From assembly GCA_965216645.1 (NCBI GenBank), contig CBDCGJ010000070.1, forward strand, positions 1 to 64,000: a DNA stretch of 64,000 bases. Direction: 5' to 3'. The stretch comes from Alphaproteobacteria bacterium (lineage in GTDB: Bacteria; Pseudomonadota; Alphaproteobacteria; GCA-2731375). Position numbers and translations under genes: made by a program. The notes below the pieces were generated by a model. The model did not search any database and was not told the origin of the DNA. It was given only the letters and a program-made list of their open reading frames with translations. Positions 35,942-47,468 of the stretch are shown piece by piece (the stretch's first letter is position 1; every line of letters starts with the position of its first letter).

Positions 35942-38263
35942 CTACTCGACCGGTGCCGGTAGCTTTTTCGGCTTCGCTTTCTTTGCGGTCGATTTGCCTT
36001 CGAGATAGGCGAAGGTGAGCTTCTTGTCCTCGACGCCGACCATGACTTTGCCGCCCTTGGCGAGCTTGCCGAAGAGCAGTTCGTCGGCCAGCGGTTTCTT
36101 GACCTCTTCCTGGATCAAGCGGGCCAGCGGGCGGGCGCCGTTGGTCTTGTCGTAGCCCTTCTCCGCCAACCAGGCCTTGGCCTCGTCGGTCAGTTCGATC
36201 TCGACCTTGCGTTCGGCCAGTTGATCGGCCAGCTCGACGACGAACTTGTCCACCACCTTGGCGACGACCCGGGGATCGAGATAGCTGAAGGGAATGACCG
36301 CGTCGAGCCGGTTGCGGAATTCCGGCGTGAACAGGCGTTTGATCGCCTCCTCGTCCTCGCCTTCCCGGCTCTCCCGACTGAAGCCGATCGCCGCCTTGGC
36401 CATTTCCTGGGCCCCGGCATTGGTGGTCATGATCAACACCACATTGCGGAAATCCACATGCTTACCGTTATGGTCGGTCAGCTTGCCATAGTCCATCACC
36501 TGCAACAGGATGTTGAACAGGTCGGGATGGGCCTTCTCGATCTCGTCCAGCAGCAGCACCGCGTGGGGATGCTGGTCGATGGCGTCGGTCAGCATGCCGC
36601 CCTGGTCGAAACCGACATAGCCGGGCGGGGCGCCGATCAGGCGCGACACCGTATGTCGCTCCATATATTCCGACATATCGAAGCGGACCAGCTCCATGCC
36701 CATGATCCGGGCCAACTGCCGGGCCACTTCGGTCTTGCCGACACCGGTGGGGCCGGAGAAAAGATAGCTGCCGATCGGTTTCTCGCCTTCGCGCAGGCCG
36801 GCCCGCGACATCTTGATCGCCGTCGATAGGGCCTCGATGGCGTCGTCCTGACCGTAGACCACCTCGCGTAGATCCTCCGACAGGCTCTTCAGATTGGCCT
36901 TGTCGTCCTTCGACACGGATTTCGGTGGAATGCGGGCGATCTTGGCGACCACGGCCTCAACTTCCTTGACCCCGATGGTCCGCCGGCGTTGGCGCTCCGG
37001 CACCAGCATCTGGGCCGCGCCGACCTCATCGATGACGTCGATCGCCTTGTCGGGCAGCTTGCGGTCGTTGATGTATTTCGCCGCCAACTCGACCGAGGCT
37101 TTGATCGCCCCCTTGGTGTAGCGGATCTTGTGATAATCCTCGTAATAGGGCTTCAGCCCCATCATGATTTTGATCGCGTCGGAAACCGAGGGTTCGTTGA
37201 TGTCGATCTTCTGGAAGCGGCGCAGCAGGGCCCGGTCCTTCTCGAAGTAACCGCGGTATTCCTTATAGGTCGTGCTGCCCATGCAGCGGATGGAGCCGCT
37301 GGCGAGCGCCGGCTTCAGCATGTTGGACGCATCCATGGCGCCGCCGGAGGTGGCGCCGGCGCCGATTACCGTGTGGATTTCGTCGATGAAGAGGATGGCG
37401 TTGTCATGATTCTCCAACTCTTGGATGACGCCCTTCAGCCGCTCCTCGAAGTCGCCGCGATAGCGGGTGCCGGCCAAAAGCGTGCCCATGTCGAGGGCGA
37501 AGATGGTGCTCTCCTTCAACACTTCCGGCACCTCGCCGAGCACGATGCGCCGCGCCAGTCCCTCGGCGATGGCGGTCTTGCCGACGCCCGGATCGCCGAC
37601 GAAAAGCGGATTGTTCTTCTGCCGCCGGCAGAGTACCTGGATGGTCCGTTCCAATTCCAGACCGCGGCCGATCAATGGGTCGACCCGGCCTTCGCGCGCC
37701 TTCTCGTTCAGGTTGACGCAATAGGCCGAAAGCGCCTCGCCCTCGGGCGCGACCGTGGCTTCCTCGCCCTCCTCCTCCTCGTCGGCGCCGCGGACCGGCC
37801 GGTATTCGGACTTGCCGTCCGATTTGGCGACGCCATGGGAGATGAAGCTGACGGCGTCGAGCCGGGTCATCCCCTGCTCCTGCAGGAAATAGACGGCATG
37901 GCTCTCCCGCTCCGAAAACAGCGCGACCAGCACATTGGCGCCCGTGACATTCTCCCGCCCGGATGATTGCACATGGTAGACCGCGCGCTGGATCACGCGC
38001 TGAAATCCGGCCGTCGGCTTGGCGTCTTCGTTGCTGTCGCCGGGGACGGTCAGCGCCGCGAGTTCGTTGTCGAGATAGTTGCCCAGCTGTTGGCGCAACT
38101 GCTCGATATCGATCTCGCAGGCCTGCAGCACATTCTCGGCATCGTGATCGTCGATCAAGGCCAAGAGCAGATGTTCGAGGGTAGCATATTCATGCCGCCG
38201 GTCGTTCGCTTCCTTCAGCGCCCGATGCAGACTTTGTTCGAGTTCGGTGGCGAATGAGGGCAC
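35942..38263 (-). CDS. clpA: ATP-dependent Clp protease ATP-binding subunit ClpA
   Basis: Two AAA+ modules ([30 protein letters not shown]). A GTG start at 38263 gives [16 protein letters not shown]... with GGAGAAGG RBS, and overlaps the clpS stop by 1 nt. Confidence 0.9.
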   Translation of the reverse strand: MPSFATELEQSLHRALKEANDRRHEYATLEHLLLALIDDHDAENVLQACEIDIEQLRQQLGNYLDNELAALTVPGDSNEDAKPTAGFQRVIQRAVYHVQSSGRENVTGANVLVALFSERESHAVYFLQEQGMTRLDAVSFISHGVAKSDGKSEYRPVRGADEEEEGEEATVAPEGEALSAYCVNLNEKAREGRVDPLIGRGLELERTIQVLCRRQKNNPLFVGDPGVGKTAIAEGLARRIVLGEVPEVLKESTIFALDMGTLLAGTRYRGDFEERLKGVIQELENHDNAILFIDEIHTVIGAGATSGGAMDASNMLKPALASGSIRCMGSTTYKEYRGYFEKDRALLRRFQKIDINEPSVSDAIKIMMGLKPYYEDYHKIRYTKGAIKASVELAAKYINDRKLPDKAIDVIDEVGAAQMLVPERQRRRTIGVKEVEAVVAKIARIPPKSVSKDDKANLKSLSEDLREVVYGQDDAIEALSTAIKMSRAGLREGEKPIGSYLFSGPTGVGKTEVARQLARIMGMELVRFDMSEYMERHTVSRLIGAPPGYVGFDQGGMLTDAIDQHPHAVLLLDEIEKAHPDLFNILLQVMDYGKLTDHNGKHVDFRNVVLIMTTNAGAQEMAKAAIGFSRESREGEDEEAIKRLFTPEFRNRLDAVIPFSYLDPRVVAKVVDKFVVELADQLAERKVEIELTDEAKAWLAEKGYDKTNGARPLARLIQEEVKKPLADELLFGKLAKGGKVMVGVEDKKLTFAYLEGKSTAKKAKPKKLPAPVE

Positions 38264-38265
38264 TA

Positions 38266-38607
38266 TTCCTTCTCCAAAGTACATTGCAACGGGTGTTGAT
38301 GCTTACGCGCAAAATCGATGGTCTGCATGACCTTGGTCTCGGCCACGTCATAGGTATAGATGCCGCAGACGCCGACCCCGCGCTGATGGACATGCAGCAT
38401 GATCTGCACCGCCTCATCGGAATTCTTGTGAAAGAATCGCTGCAGGACGTCGACGACAAACTCCATCGGCGTGTAATCGTCGTTCAACATTAGAACACGG
38501 TACATGGACGGTTTCTTGGTCTTGGTGCGCGTCTGTGTGACGACACCGGTTCCGCTGTCACCGTTGTCCGTGTCGTTGTCGCTCATCGTGATCGACAGTC
38601 TGATCAT
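38266..38607 (-). CDS. clpS: ATP-dependent Clp protease adaptor ClpS
   Basis: [25 protein letters not shown]...[14 protein letters not shown] is the canonical ClpS core. Confidence 0.85.
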
Positions 38608-38798
38608 ACCATGTCTCGATACGGTCCCTCATAATAAGGACGAAATTGTGGTGATTGGAAGGGGAATTCTCCCCATCACGGTTAATGTGACGAGGCGGAT
38701 TTCACCATATCCATTTCGGCATACGAAAAAGGGCGCCAACCGGATGTTGGCGCCCTCCATCGATTTTTCAAGCCGAAATTTCGGCAGAACTGTTGCCT

Positions 38799-39296
38799 TT
38801 AGGCCGCGGCCTTGGACATGGTCTCGACCGTCTTGCTGACCTGTCCGTTCACCGGCTTGGCAACATTTTCGGCCAATTCCTTGGTCATCTTGCCGATTTT
38901 CTCGCCCTGCGCGACCCAGTTCTCGACCCGCGTCTTGACGTGATCGTTCTGGATCTCCATCGCTTCCTTCAGGGTGCCGGCGGCGGCCATGGCCTGGGCG
39001 GCTTTCACGTTAGCGTCGAAGGTGGACTTGCCGTAGGCCATCCACTCGGCGGCCATGGCTTCCATGCCCTTGGTGTAGACCGTGGCCACTTCCTTCATGA
39101 CCTCGACGTTTTCCTGATTAAATGCCGCCAAGTCGTCGTAATTAAACGCGGTTTTCTGCCACTGAGCGTTGGCGTCGCCCCACATTTTTTCGTAGCTTTC
39201 GGTGCTGGCGGCCCAGAAAGATTGCCAAGCTTCCTTATTCGCGTTCATGGCCTCTTCGACCGGGTTCGCCTTCGATTGAGTCTTCTTCGTCATCAC
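38799..39296 (-). CDS. phasin-family (PHA-granule-associated) protein
   Basis: 165 aa, Ala/Lys/Glu-rich amphipathic helices with a phasin-like N-terminal pattern. Confidence 0.65.
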   Translation of the reverse strand: MMTKKTQSKANPVEEAMNANKEAWQSFWAASTESYEKMWGDANAQWQKTAFNYDDLAAFNQENVEVMKEVATVYTKGMEAMAAEWMAYGKSTFDANVKAAQAMAAAGTLKEAMEIQNDHVKTRVENWVAQGEKIGKMTKELAENVAKPVNGQVSKTVETMSKAAA

Positions 39297-39655
39297 AAAA
39301 CCTTTCCACTCGTTCCGCCGGATCGCCGACGATTTTGCTGGCTGTTCGCGGTCAAACCTTGACCGTTTCCGAACCGTTATCCCGTATTCCGCAGTGCGTC
39401 ATATGAATTTGTGCACCGCAATATCGTTAAACATAATGATGGCGTTCCCGAAGTCAATGGATTTTTTTGTGCACTGCACAAAAAATTTTTGCGCATGCAC
39501 ATTCAGACAACATTAACCCAGTTTTGCTAGGAAAGTTGAAGCCGGTGCTTGTCTAATATTATGATGGTAGAGATTCGGGTATCGGAGACATTGGGTTGGA
39601 TATACCGAGAATCGCCATAGAGCGGTCGAATCAACTTGTATCGAGTAGCGGGAAG

Positions 39656-40912
39656 ATGCTGAAAAACAGACTCCACCGAATTTCCATCCCCATCGTATTC
39701 GGCTTGTTTGCGGGTTACGCCTTCGGCGCGCAAGCCGCGTTGAAACCGCGCTATGCCGGATTCGTTATGGAGGAGAATTCCAGTTACGTCTTGTTCGACA
39801 AAGGCGCGACGCTCCGCAACCACCCGGCCTCCCTGACCAAGATCATGACTCTCTACCTTCTGTTCGAAGCGATCGAGGTCGGTCGCATGAAGCTCACCTC
39901 GAAGCTGAAGGTATCCAAACATGCGGCGAGCCAACCGCCGTCGAAAATCGGCGTGGTTGCCGGGACGACGATCACGGCGGAGCAGGCGATTAAGGCGCTG
40001 GTGACGAAATCCGCCAACGATGTCGCCGTGGTGATCGCGGAAAACCTGGCGAAAACCGAGCAGAACTTCGCCCGGCTCATGACCAAACGCGCCAGGGTCA
40101 TCGGCATGAACCGCACGACCTTCAAAAACGCCTCCGGCCTACATGACGACAAGCAATTGTCGACCGCCCGGGACATGGCCCGTTTGACGAAGATCTTGCG
40201 CCTGCGCTTTCGCAAGTATTATCACTACTTCTCGACCCGTTCCTTCACCTATCGCGGCCGCACCTTCGGCAATCACAACAATCTGCTCGGCAGCTATCGC
40301 GGCATGGACGGTGTCAAAACCGGCTATACGCGTAAGTCCGGCTACAATCTGGTCTCGGCAGTGGAGCGGAATGGCGTCCGGCTTATCGGCGTCGTCTTCG
40401 GCGGAAGCTCGGCCGGCGCCCGGGATCAGGAAATGGCCCGGATGTTGAACCAAGCGTTCAAGAAGATCAAAACCGTGCCGAAGTCGAAACTGAAGGCGCC
40501 GCAATCCTTCTACCGGGTCGGCAAACCGCGCCTGCGCTTCCGTGGCCTGCCGGCGCCGCGCCAGCGACCCGGCAAGAACCGCGGCAACCCCACGGCCGCG
40601 ATCGAAAAACCGAAGGCGAGACCGGCGGCGATCGGCGGCGGCGGCAGCGATGCCGATTGGGCGGTCCAAATCGGCGCCTACACCCGCTATACCAGCGCGC
40701 GGCGTCGCGTGTCGGAAGTCACCGATAGCCTGGGCTCGGGCGATTCATCCGTGCGCAGCGACATCGATAAGATTACGACAGGCGGCGGCACCATATTTCG
40801 GGCCCGGTTTGTCGACTTGACGGAACGCGAAGCGGAATCCCTGTGCGAGGAACTAAAAGGCAAGGGCATCAAATGCCTCATCCTCGATCCGGAGAAACAA
40901 GACCCGCTTTAA
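39656..40912 (+). CDS. serine-type D-alanyl-D-alanine carboxypeptidase (S11) with a C-terminal SPOR domain
   Basis: Signal peptide; SLTKIM (SxxK), SAND (SxN) and KTG motifs; the C-terminal AVQIGAYTRYTSARRR...IFRARFVDLTEREAESLCEEL is SPOR-like. ATG at 39656. Confidence 0.75.
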   Translation: MLKNRLHRISIPIVFGLFAGYAFGAQAALKPRYAGFVMEENSSYVLFDKGATLRNHPASLTKIMTLYLLFEAIEVGRMKLTSKLKVSKHAASQPPSKIGVVAGTTITAEQAIKALVTKSANDVAVVIAENLAKTEQNFARLMTKRARVIGMNRTTFKNASGLHDDKQLSTARDMARLTKILRLRFRKYYHYFSTRSFTYRGRTFGNHNNLLGSYRGMDGVKTGYTRKSGYNLVSAVERNGVRLIGVVFGGSSAGARDQEMARMLNQAFKKIKTVPKSKLKAPQSFYRVGKPRLRFRGLPAPRQRPGKNRGNPTAAIEKPKARPAAIGGGGSDADWAVQIGAYTRYTSARRRVSEVTDSLGSGDSSVRSDIDKITTGGGTIFRARFVDLTEREAESLCEELKGKGIKCLILDPEKQDPL

Positions 40913-41071
40913 GAGCCTCGAGAAACCCATCAATAGCCCCTCCTCTCGGACGATTTGCCAATAGTCATGGCGGCGGTTTCCGTCCGACGAAGAATTGCTC
41001 TAGGATAACGCACTCTCCCGGCGGCTGGATTGGCCGCTTTTTCGTATTTGGACAGCCTCTGGTTCTAGGGC

Positions 41072-42328
41072 ATGACCGATTCCCGCAGCTTAAGCTTTGC
41101 CCGCGCCCTGATCCTGGTCTTCGCCCCCTTTGCCGGCGGCTACTTCTTTTCCTATCTGTTCAGATCGGTCAATGCCGTGGTGGCGCCGCGTCTGATCGAC
41201 GAATTGCAGGTGAACGCGGAGCAGCTTGGCCTGATCGCGGCCTGCTATTTCTTTACTTTCGCGATCTGTCAGGTACCTCTGGGCGTATTGCTCGACCGTT
41301 TCGGTCCGCGCCGGGTTCAGGGCACGCTCTACATCCTGGCGGCCGTCGGCGCGCTGCTGTTTTCCATGGCGGATTCCGTCCTGACTTTAGCGCTGGCCCG
41401 GGCGCTGATCGGCGTCGGCGTATCCGGCGGCCTGATGGCGGCGCTGAAAGCGATCGTGCAATGGTTTCCGCGGGAACGCATCGCCCTGGTAAACGGCTGG
41501 TATCTTTCCTCCGGCGGGTTCGGCGCCTTGTTTTCGACCGTGCCCGTGGAGTGGGGGATGAGCGAAATCGGTTGGCGCAGCGTTTTCGTCGTGCTGGCGG
41601 CGGGCACTCTTATCGCCGCGGTAGCGATCCTACTGGTGGTGCCGGACAAGAAGGAGGGAATCGACAGCGGCGGTTGGGCCGACAATATCCGCGGCATGGG
41701 CCTGGTCTACCGCGACCCGTTCTTCTGGCGCCTGGTGCCGCTGATGTTCACCAGCGCCTCGGCCAATATGGCGGTGCAGGGATTGTGGGCCGGCCCCTGG
41801 TTGGCCGACGTGCGCGGCGAGGATACGGCCAGCGTCGCCAACCATCTGCTGGTCCTGGCGATCGGCATGGTCATCGGCATGTTCCTGTCCGGCATTTACG
41901 CGGACGCCCTGCGCAGATGGTTCCGCCTGACCATGCAGCAAATCTGCGTGGTATCCGGCATAATCTATACGCTGTGCTTCGCCGCCATCACCACCACATG
42001 GTTCGACGCCAGCTACCTGCTGTGGGGTCTGGTGGGATTGACAGGTATCTGGACCTCGCTGGTCTTCGCGACCCTGGCCCTGCACTTCCCCGACACCCAT
42101 ATCGGCCGGGCCAATACGGCCTGCAACCTATTCGTCTTCGCCATGGCCTTCGTCTACCAATACGCGATCGGCGTGATTGTCGATCAATGGCCACAGGCGG
42201 AAGACGGCAGCTATCCGGCCGCCGCCTATGTCACCGCCTTCACCATCGTCGCCGTCAGCCAGGCGGCCGCGATCCTTTGGTTTTTCGTGCTCGGTTGGAT
42301 CAATCCGCGATCGCGCGGCTCAGAATAG
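41072..42328 (+). CDS. MFS transporter
   Basis: 12 predicted TM helices; [11 protein letters not shown] is the MFS loop 2-3 motif. Confidence 0.75.
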   Translation: MTDSRSLSFARALILVFAPFAGGYFFSYLFRSVNAVVAPRLIDELQVNAEQLGLIAACYFFTFAICQVPLGVLLDRFGPRRVQGTLYILAAVGALLFSMADSVLTLALARALIGVGVSGGLMAALKAIVQWFPRERIALVNGWYLSSGGFGALFSTVPVEWGMSEIGWRSVFVVLAAGTLIAAVAILLVVPDKKEGIDSGGWADNIRGMGLVYRDPFFWRLVPLMFTSASANMAVQGLWAGPWLADVRGEDTASVANHLLVLAIGMVIGMFLSGIYADALRRWFRLTMQQICVVSGIIYTLCFAAITTTWFDASYLLWGLVGLTGIWTSLVFATLALHFPDTHIGRANTACNLFVFAMAFVYQYAIGVIVDQWPQAEDGSYPAAAYVTAFTIVAVSQAAAILWFFVLGWINPRSRGSE

Positions 42329-43699
42329 ACCGTCTGTCGACAAACCCGATTGGCCGAGGACGTCTCGCAGATTGTCTTTCAATCGGCCGAGGCCGGCATC
42401 GTCCGCGCTCTCGCATCGGGCAACCAGCGCGGGCTGCGTGTTCGAGGCGCGCAGCAACCACCAACCGTCGGCCGTGTTGACCCGAACCCCGTCCACGTCG
42501 ATGACCTCGTCCGGGCCCTCGGCCAGTCGGGCCTTGACCTCGTCGACGATTTCGAACTTCCGGGTTTCATCGCAATCGATGCGAATTTCAGGCGTATTGA
42601 TCACCTTCGGCAGCCGGTCATAGAGGGCTGCCGCACTGACGCCCTGACGGGCCAGAAGGTCGAGAAAGCGCACCGCCACATATTGGGCATCGTCATAGCC
42701 GAAATACTTGTCGCCGAAGAAGATATGACCGCTCATTTCGCCGGCCAAAGGCGCCTTCAGCTCCTTCATCTTCGTCTTGATGTGGGAATGGCCGGTTCTA
42801 TACATGACCGGATTGCCGCCGGCATCCGCGATCTCGTCGAACAGAACCTGACTGGCCTTCACGTCGGCGATGATGCTGGCACCCGGCAGCTCGCGCAGCA
42901 CGTCGCGCCCCATGATCGCCAGCAACTGATCGCCCCACAGGATGCGGCCCTGTCCGTCGACCACGCCGATCCGATCGCCGTCGCCGTCGAACGCGATCCC
43001 GATGTCCAACCGCTGTTCGGCGACGGCCGCCTGCAGCTGGCGCAAATTCTCCGGCACGGTCGGGTCCGGATGATGGGCCGGGAACGTGCCGTCGATCTTC
43101 TCGTTCAGCAGCACATGGCGTCCGGGCAACCGTCCCGTCAGTTCGGCCACCACCTCACCTGCCGCGCCGTTACCGCAATCCCAACCAACATTGAGCGCGA
43201 TATCCGTCGTATAGGCGTCGCGCAGGATTTGGACATAGGCCGGGTTTAAGTCCACATCCTCAACCCGGCCGTCGCCGGCAACCCAATCGCCATTGGCCGC
43301 CGCTTCGCCGAGCGCCTGGATTTGGCCCCCGTGATAAGAGTCTTGGCCGACCATCATCTTGAAACCGTTATAGTCGGGCGGATTGTGGGAGCCTGTGACC
43401 ATCACCCCGCCGTCCGTTTCCAGATGAAAGACGCTGAAATACAGCATCGGCGTCGGGCCGCAGCCGATGCGAAGAACGGTAAGACCGCAATCGCGCAAAC
43501 CCTCCGTCAGCGCCGCCGCCAATTCGGGCGAGCTGACCCGCCCGTCATAGCCGACGGACGCCCGTTCGCCGCCCTTGCGCCGGATCGCGCTTCCGATACC
43601 GCGCCCCACCGCATACGCGTCCTTGGCGGACAGGGTGTCGCCGACAATGCCGCGAATATCGTATTCGCGCAGAACCGAAGGATGAAATTGATGACTCAT
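42320..43699 (-). CDS. algC: phosphomannomutase/phosphoglucomutase (alpha-D-phosphohexomutase)
   Basis: TGSHNP active-site loop. The start MSHQFHP overlaps the ugd stop (ATGA); the 5' extension in the track is not supported. Confidence 0.8.
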   Translation of the reverse strand: MSHQFHPSVLREYDIRGIVGDTLSAKDAYAVGRGIGSAIRRKGGERASVGYDGRVSSPELAAALTEGLRDCGLTVLRIGCGPTPMLYFSVFHLETDGGVMVTGSHNPPDYNGFKMMVGQDSYHGGQIQALGEAAANGDWVAGDGRVEDVDLNPAYVQILRDAYTTDIALNVGWDCGNGAAGEVVAELTGRLPGRHVLLNEKIDGTFPAHHPDPTVPENLRQLQAAVAEQRLDIGIAFDGDGDRIGVVDGQGRILWGDQLLAIMGRDVLRELPGASIIADVKASQVLFDEIADAGGNPVMYRTGHSHIKTKMKELKAPLAGEMSGHIFFGDKYFGYDDAQYVAVRFLDLLARQGVSAAALYDRLPKVINTPEIRIDCDETRKFEIVDEVKARLAEGPDEVIDVDGVRVNTADGWWLLRASNTQPALVARCESADDAGLGRLKDNLRDVLGQSGLSTDGLF

Positions 43700-45000
43700 G
43701 GCCGCCCCACCGAATGATAACTGAAGCCGAGATCCGCCATATGTGTGGGATCGTAGATATTTCTGAGGTCGACCAACACCGGCGACGACAGCAGATTTTT
43801 GACCCGGTCGAAATCGAGGGCGCGGAACTCGTTCCATTCGGTGATGATGAGGATGGCGTCCGCGCCTTCCATGGTGTCGTAAGTATCCTCGCACCAATGC
43901 ACGTCGCTCAGTAGCTCCCGCGCTTCCGTCATGCCTTCCGGATCGAAGGCGCGGATCGACGCGCCCGCTTTTTGTAGAGCCGGTACGATATCCAGGCTTG
44001 GCGAGTCGCGCATATCGTCCGTATTCGGCTTGAATGTCAGGCCCAAGACCGCCACGGTCTTGCCCTTAAGGTCGCCGCCGCAAGCCGCCGCGACCTTGTC
44101 CGACATCCGCTGCTTTCGATTGTCGTTGGCCTCCACCGTGGCGGCGACGATACGTAAGGGCACGTCGTAATCCTGGGCGGTATGCAACAGCGCCAGCGTA
44201 TCCTTGGGGAAGCAACTGCCGCCATAGCCCGGGCCCGAATGCAGAAACTTGCTGCCGATGCGGCCGTCGAGGCCGATGCCCTTGGCCACGTCCTGCACGT
44301 CGGCGTCGACTTTCTCGCAAAGATCGGCGATCTCGTTAATGAACGTGATCTTTGTCGCCAGGAAAGCGTTGGCCGCGTATTTGGTCAGCTCGGCGGTCGT
44401 CCGCTTAGTGAATAGCACCGGCGTTTCGTTCAAAAACAACGGCCGGTACAGTTCCCGCATCACCTGGCGGGCACGCGCGCTATTGGTGCCGACGACGATC
44501 CGGTCCGGCCGCATGAAATCCTCGATGGCGCTGCCTTCGCGCAGGAATTCGGGGTTCGAGGCAACATCCACGTCAGCCTCCGGATTGACCTCGCGGATGA
44601 TATTCTCCACTTCGCGCCCGGTCCCGACCGGGACGGTGGATTTGGTCACCACCACGGTATAGCCATCCAACAAGCCGCCGATCTCCCGCGACGCGTCATA
44701 GACATAGCTCAGATCCGCATGGCCGCCGCCACGCCGCGTCGGAGTGCCGACGGCGATAAATACCGCATCGGCGTTCGGCACCACTTCCTCGATATTCGTG
44801 GAGAAACGTAGCCTGCCGGCCCTCACATTACTCTCGACCAAGCTGTCGAGGCCCGGTTCGTAAATCGGCATGACACCTTGGTTCAAGGCGTCGATTTTGG
44901 TCTCGTCTTTATCGATACAGGTGACTTCATGCCCGAACTCGGAAAAACAAGTACCGGACACCAGGCCGACATAGCCGGCCCCAATCATCGCTACATGCAT
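43696..45000 (-). CDS. ugd: UDP-glucose 6-dehydrogenase
   Basis: [16 protein letters not shown] Rossmann motif and catalytic Cys region GGSCFPKD. Confidence 0.85.
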   Translation of the reverse strand: MHVAMIGAGYVGLVSGTCFSEFGHEVTCIDKDETKIDALNQGVMPIYEPGLDSLVESNVRAGRLRFSTNIEEVVPNADAVFIAVGTPTRRGGGHADLSYVYDASREIGGLLDGYTVVVTKSTVPVGTGREVENIIREVNPEADVDVASNPEFLREGSAIEDFMRPDRIVVGTNSARARQVMRELYRPLFLNETPVLFTKRTTAELTKYAANAFLATKITFINEIADLCEKVDADVQDVAKGIGLDGRIGSKFLHSGPGYGGSCFPKDTLALLHTAQDYDVPLRIVAATVEANDNRKQRMSDKVAAACGGDLKGKTVAVLGLTFKPNTDDMRDSPSLDIVPALQKAGASIRAFDPEGMTEARELLSDVHWCEDTYDTMEGADAILIITEWNEFRALDFDRVKNLLSSPVLVDLRNIYDPTHMADLGFSYHSVGRP

Positions 45001-45006
45001 GTAATT

Positions 45007-45882
45007 CTACTTCCTGCTTTCTAGAGCGGCTGATGCGTAATCCCGCAGACCGTCCCCCAAATCCGGCCGCGATAGGCCGACTTTGAAGTTGGCTTGTAAA
45101 AAGCCCAGCTTGTCGCCGCAGTCGAAGCGTTCACCGGTGAAACGATAGCCATGGAACGGGTGTTGGCCGATCATTTTGGCCATTGCGTCCGTCAGCTGAA
45201 TTTCACCACCAGCCCCGGTTTCGTGTGCACTTAAATGTGAAAACACTTCAGGCAGTAGAATATATCTTCCGATTACAGCTAAATTCGAAGGCGAATGTGC
45301 CGGATCCGGCTTTTCGACCAGACCACGAACCTCGATGGTCCGATCCTGAACGACACCCGGATCGATGACGCCGTAGCGCGCGGTATGCTCCGGCGCCACT
45401 TCCATCACCGCGATCACATTGCCTTCCGTTTCGGCTGCCGCCTCGGCCAATTCTTGTAAGGCCGGACGACCGCCATGAATCAAATCGTCGACCAACAGAA
45501 CCGCGAACGGTTCGTCGCCGACCATGTCTCGGGCGCACCAGACCGCATGGCCGAGCCCCAAAGGTTTTTGCTGCCGCGTGTAAGTCACCGCGCCAGCGTC
45601 AAGCACAGTGGTTTCCAAAATCTTAATTTGTGCAATTTTATTTGCTTTCGAGAGAATATCCTCGAGCTCATAGGCAACGTCGAAGTGATCTTCGATGGCG
45701 CCTTTGCCGCGGCCCGTGACAAAGATGAACTCTTCGACGCCGGCGGCGGCGGCTTCCTCCACCGCATATTGGATCAACGGTTTGTCGACCACGGGCAGCA
45801 ATTCTTTGGGGATCGCCTTGGTTGCCGGTAGAAATCTGGTTCCCAGACCGGCCACGGGAAACACGGCTTTACGTACCCTCAT
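45007..45882 (-). CDS. galU: UTP--glucose-1-phosphate uridylyltransferase
   Basis: VFPVAGLGTRFLPATKAIPKE is the GalU signature. Confidence 0.85.
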   Translation of the reverse strand: MRVRKAVFPVAGLGTRFLPATKAIPKELLPVVDKPLIQYAVEEAAAAGVEEFIFVTGRGKGAIEDHFDVAYELEDILSKANKIAQIKILETTVLDAGAVTYTRQQKPLGLGHAVWCARDMVGDEPFAVLLVDDLIHGGRPALQELAEAAAETEGNVIAVMEVAPEHTARYGVIDPGVVQDRTIEVRGLVEKPDPAHSPSNLAVIGRYILLPEVFSHLSAHETGAGGEIQLTDAMAKMIGQHPFHGYRFTGERFDCGDKLGFLQANFKVGLSRPDLGDGLRDYASAALESRK

Positions 45883-45954
45883 ACCCATCTCTCGACCTCA
45901 GTCGCGCAATCGAAGGACTATTGCCACGCCGAATAAGCCGACGCAAGCCAGTCT

Positions 45955-46704
45955 TCAATTCAACAATAAGTCCTTGGCTTGGTTGATTTTCGCCGCGAGA
46001 AAACTGGACCCGCCGCGGTCCGGGTGGTTTTTCAGCATCAATCGGTGATGCGCCGCTTTGATTTCGTCCTCGCTGGCCCCAGGCGCAACGCCCAGAATTT
46101 CACACGCCTCTTCCAGGGTCATCTGTCCGGCCGGGCGGGATTTCCGGCCCCAACCGCGGCCCGGCTCGTGCTCGCCCCCATTTTCCGCCGCCGATCCTCC
46201 GGCTTGTTCGCGCCACCCCTCGGCGGTGCGGTCGAGATAGGTTTCCAACAGCTGTGCCGCCTCCAGATCGTTGGTCTCGCATTCCCGCAGCAGGGAAAGC
46301 AGTTGGTTCAGATTGAGACTGCCGAGTTCGCGGCCGGCGAAGGTTCCCTGCAGCACCTCACCGCCCATGGCGCCGCTGCCGTGATCCAAGGTCATGCGGA
46401 TATAGTCCGTGGACACCGTCGATGTCTGGCCGCCGCCGCGCTTACCGCCACCGAATTTCGGCAAGCTGAAATTCAAGCCCGGCAAGGCCCACCGGCGCAG
46501 CAGGCTGAGCGAAAACAGCCCCACCATGGCGCCGACGGCGAACCGGCCGGTCAACATCAGGAACAGCGAAATCGACGCGGCGATGCCGAAAAATAGCCAC
46601 TTTATCGCGTTGGCCAGCTTCGCCGGATCCACATTCACCAGCGCCCGGCCGGCCAGGATGAGCGCTACCACCAGGCAGACACCGAAGATAAGGTAACCGA
46701 TCAT
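45955..46704 (-). CDS. DjlA-like membrane protein with a C-terminal J-domain
   Basis: Two N-terminal TM helices, a Gly-rich linker, and a C-terminal J-domain with the HPD motif ([15 protein letters not shown]). Confidence 0.6.
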   Translation of the reverse strand: MIGYLIFGVCLVVALILAGRALVNVDPAKLANAIKWLFFGIAASISLFLMLTGRFAVGAMVGLFSLSLLRRWALPGLNFSLPKFGGGKRGGGQTSTVSTDYIRMTLDHGSGAMGGEVLQGTFAGRELGSLNLNQLLSLLRECETNDLEAAQLLETYLDRTAEGWREQAGGSAAENGGEHEPGRGWGRKSRPAGQMTLEEACEILGVAPGASEDEIKAAHHRLMLKNHPDRGGSSFLAAKINQAKDLLLN

Positions 46705-46713
46705 GGCGTCAGA

Positions 46714-47424
46714 TTATTTCAGCTGATGGGCGATTTGCAATATGGGCCCACCTTTGCCGCGGCTGTAGTCCGTCAATGCGCGGCGACCGCCGGCGGCATA
46801 GACGGCGACGGCGCTCAACAGATCCTTCAACTGCCGGGCGCTGGAGGAATCGAAGGCGCAATAGGCGCCATTGGTCAGCTTGGCGATTTGCCGGAAGGCA
46901 TTGGCGACCAACGGATTGCCGCCCTCGTGAAACATGAAGCACGGCACGCCCAGCATGCCCAATTCGCCGGCCCGGTTGCAGACCGCGTCGACATCCTCCT
47001 CCAACGCGTCGCCGACGAAGACCAGGGCGTTGATCGGCTTCGCCTTGGTTTCACGCGCGGCATAGCGCAGCGCCCGCTCCAACTGGGTATAGCCGCCAAG
47101 GCAGCGGGTCCGGGTCATGTAGGGGATCAGGTCGGCGGAAGACGACACCCAGGGTGTCGCCCGAAACTCGTTGTAGCCGCGGTAATAGGCGAGCTGCACG
47201 TCGAGGCCGCCGAGGGTCGCCGTCTCCGCAAACATATCGCCCTGAATCTGACAGGCAATGTCCCAGGTCGGCTCCCGGCTGGCGGTCGCGTCCATGACGA
47301 AGAGCAGCCGTCCGCGCACGCCGGCCGGCTTCACCGACGGCGTCGCCGCGACTTTGCGCAGAAACTCGCGCACGTCCGGGCTGCCTTCTTCCCGCTCCGT
47401 AATGTTCTTGTCGTTTTCGGCCAT
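46714..47424 (-). CDS. cytoplasmic VWA (von Willebrand factor type A) domain protein
   Basis: LLFVMDATASREPTWD is a MIDAS-like DxTxS motif; 236 aa; no signal peptide. Confidence 0.5.
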   Translation of the reverse strand: MAENDKNITEREEGSPDVREFLRKVAATPSVKPAGVRGRLLFVMDATASREPTWDIACQIQGDMFAETATLGGLDVQLAYYRGYNEFRATPWVSSSADLIPYMTRTRCLGGYTQLERALRYAARETKAKPINALVFVGDALEEDVDAVCNRAGELGMLGVPCFMFHEGGNPLVANAFRQIAKLTNGAYCAFDSSSARQLKDLLSAVAVYAAGGRRALTDYSRGKGGPILQIAHQLK

Positions 47425-47468
47425 GCTCTAGTTCAAGTTAAACATCAACCAGCATAGGATAAAACCAT

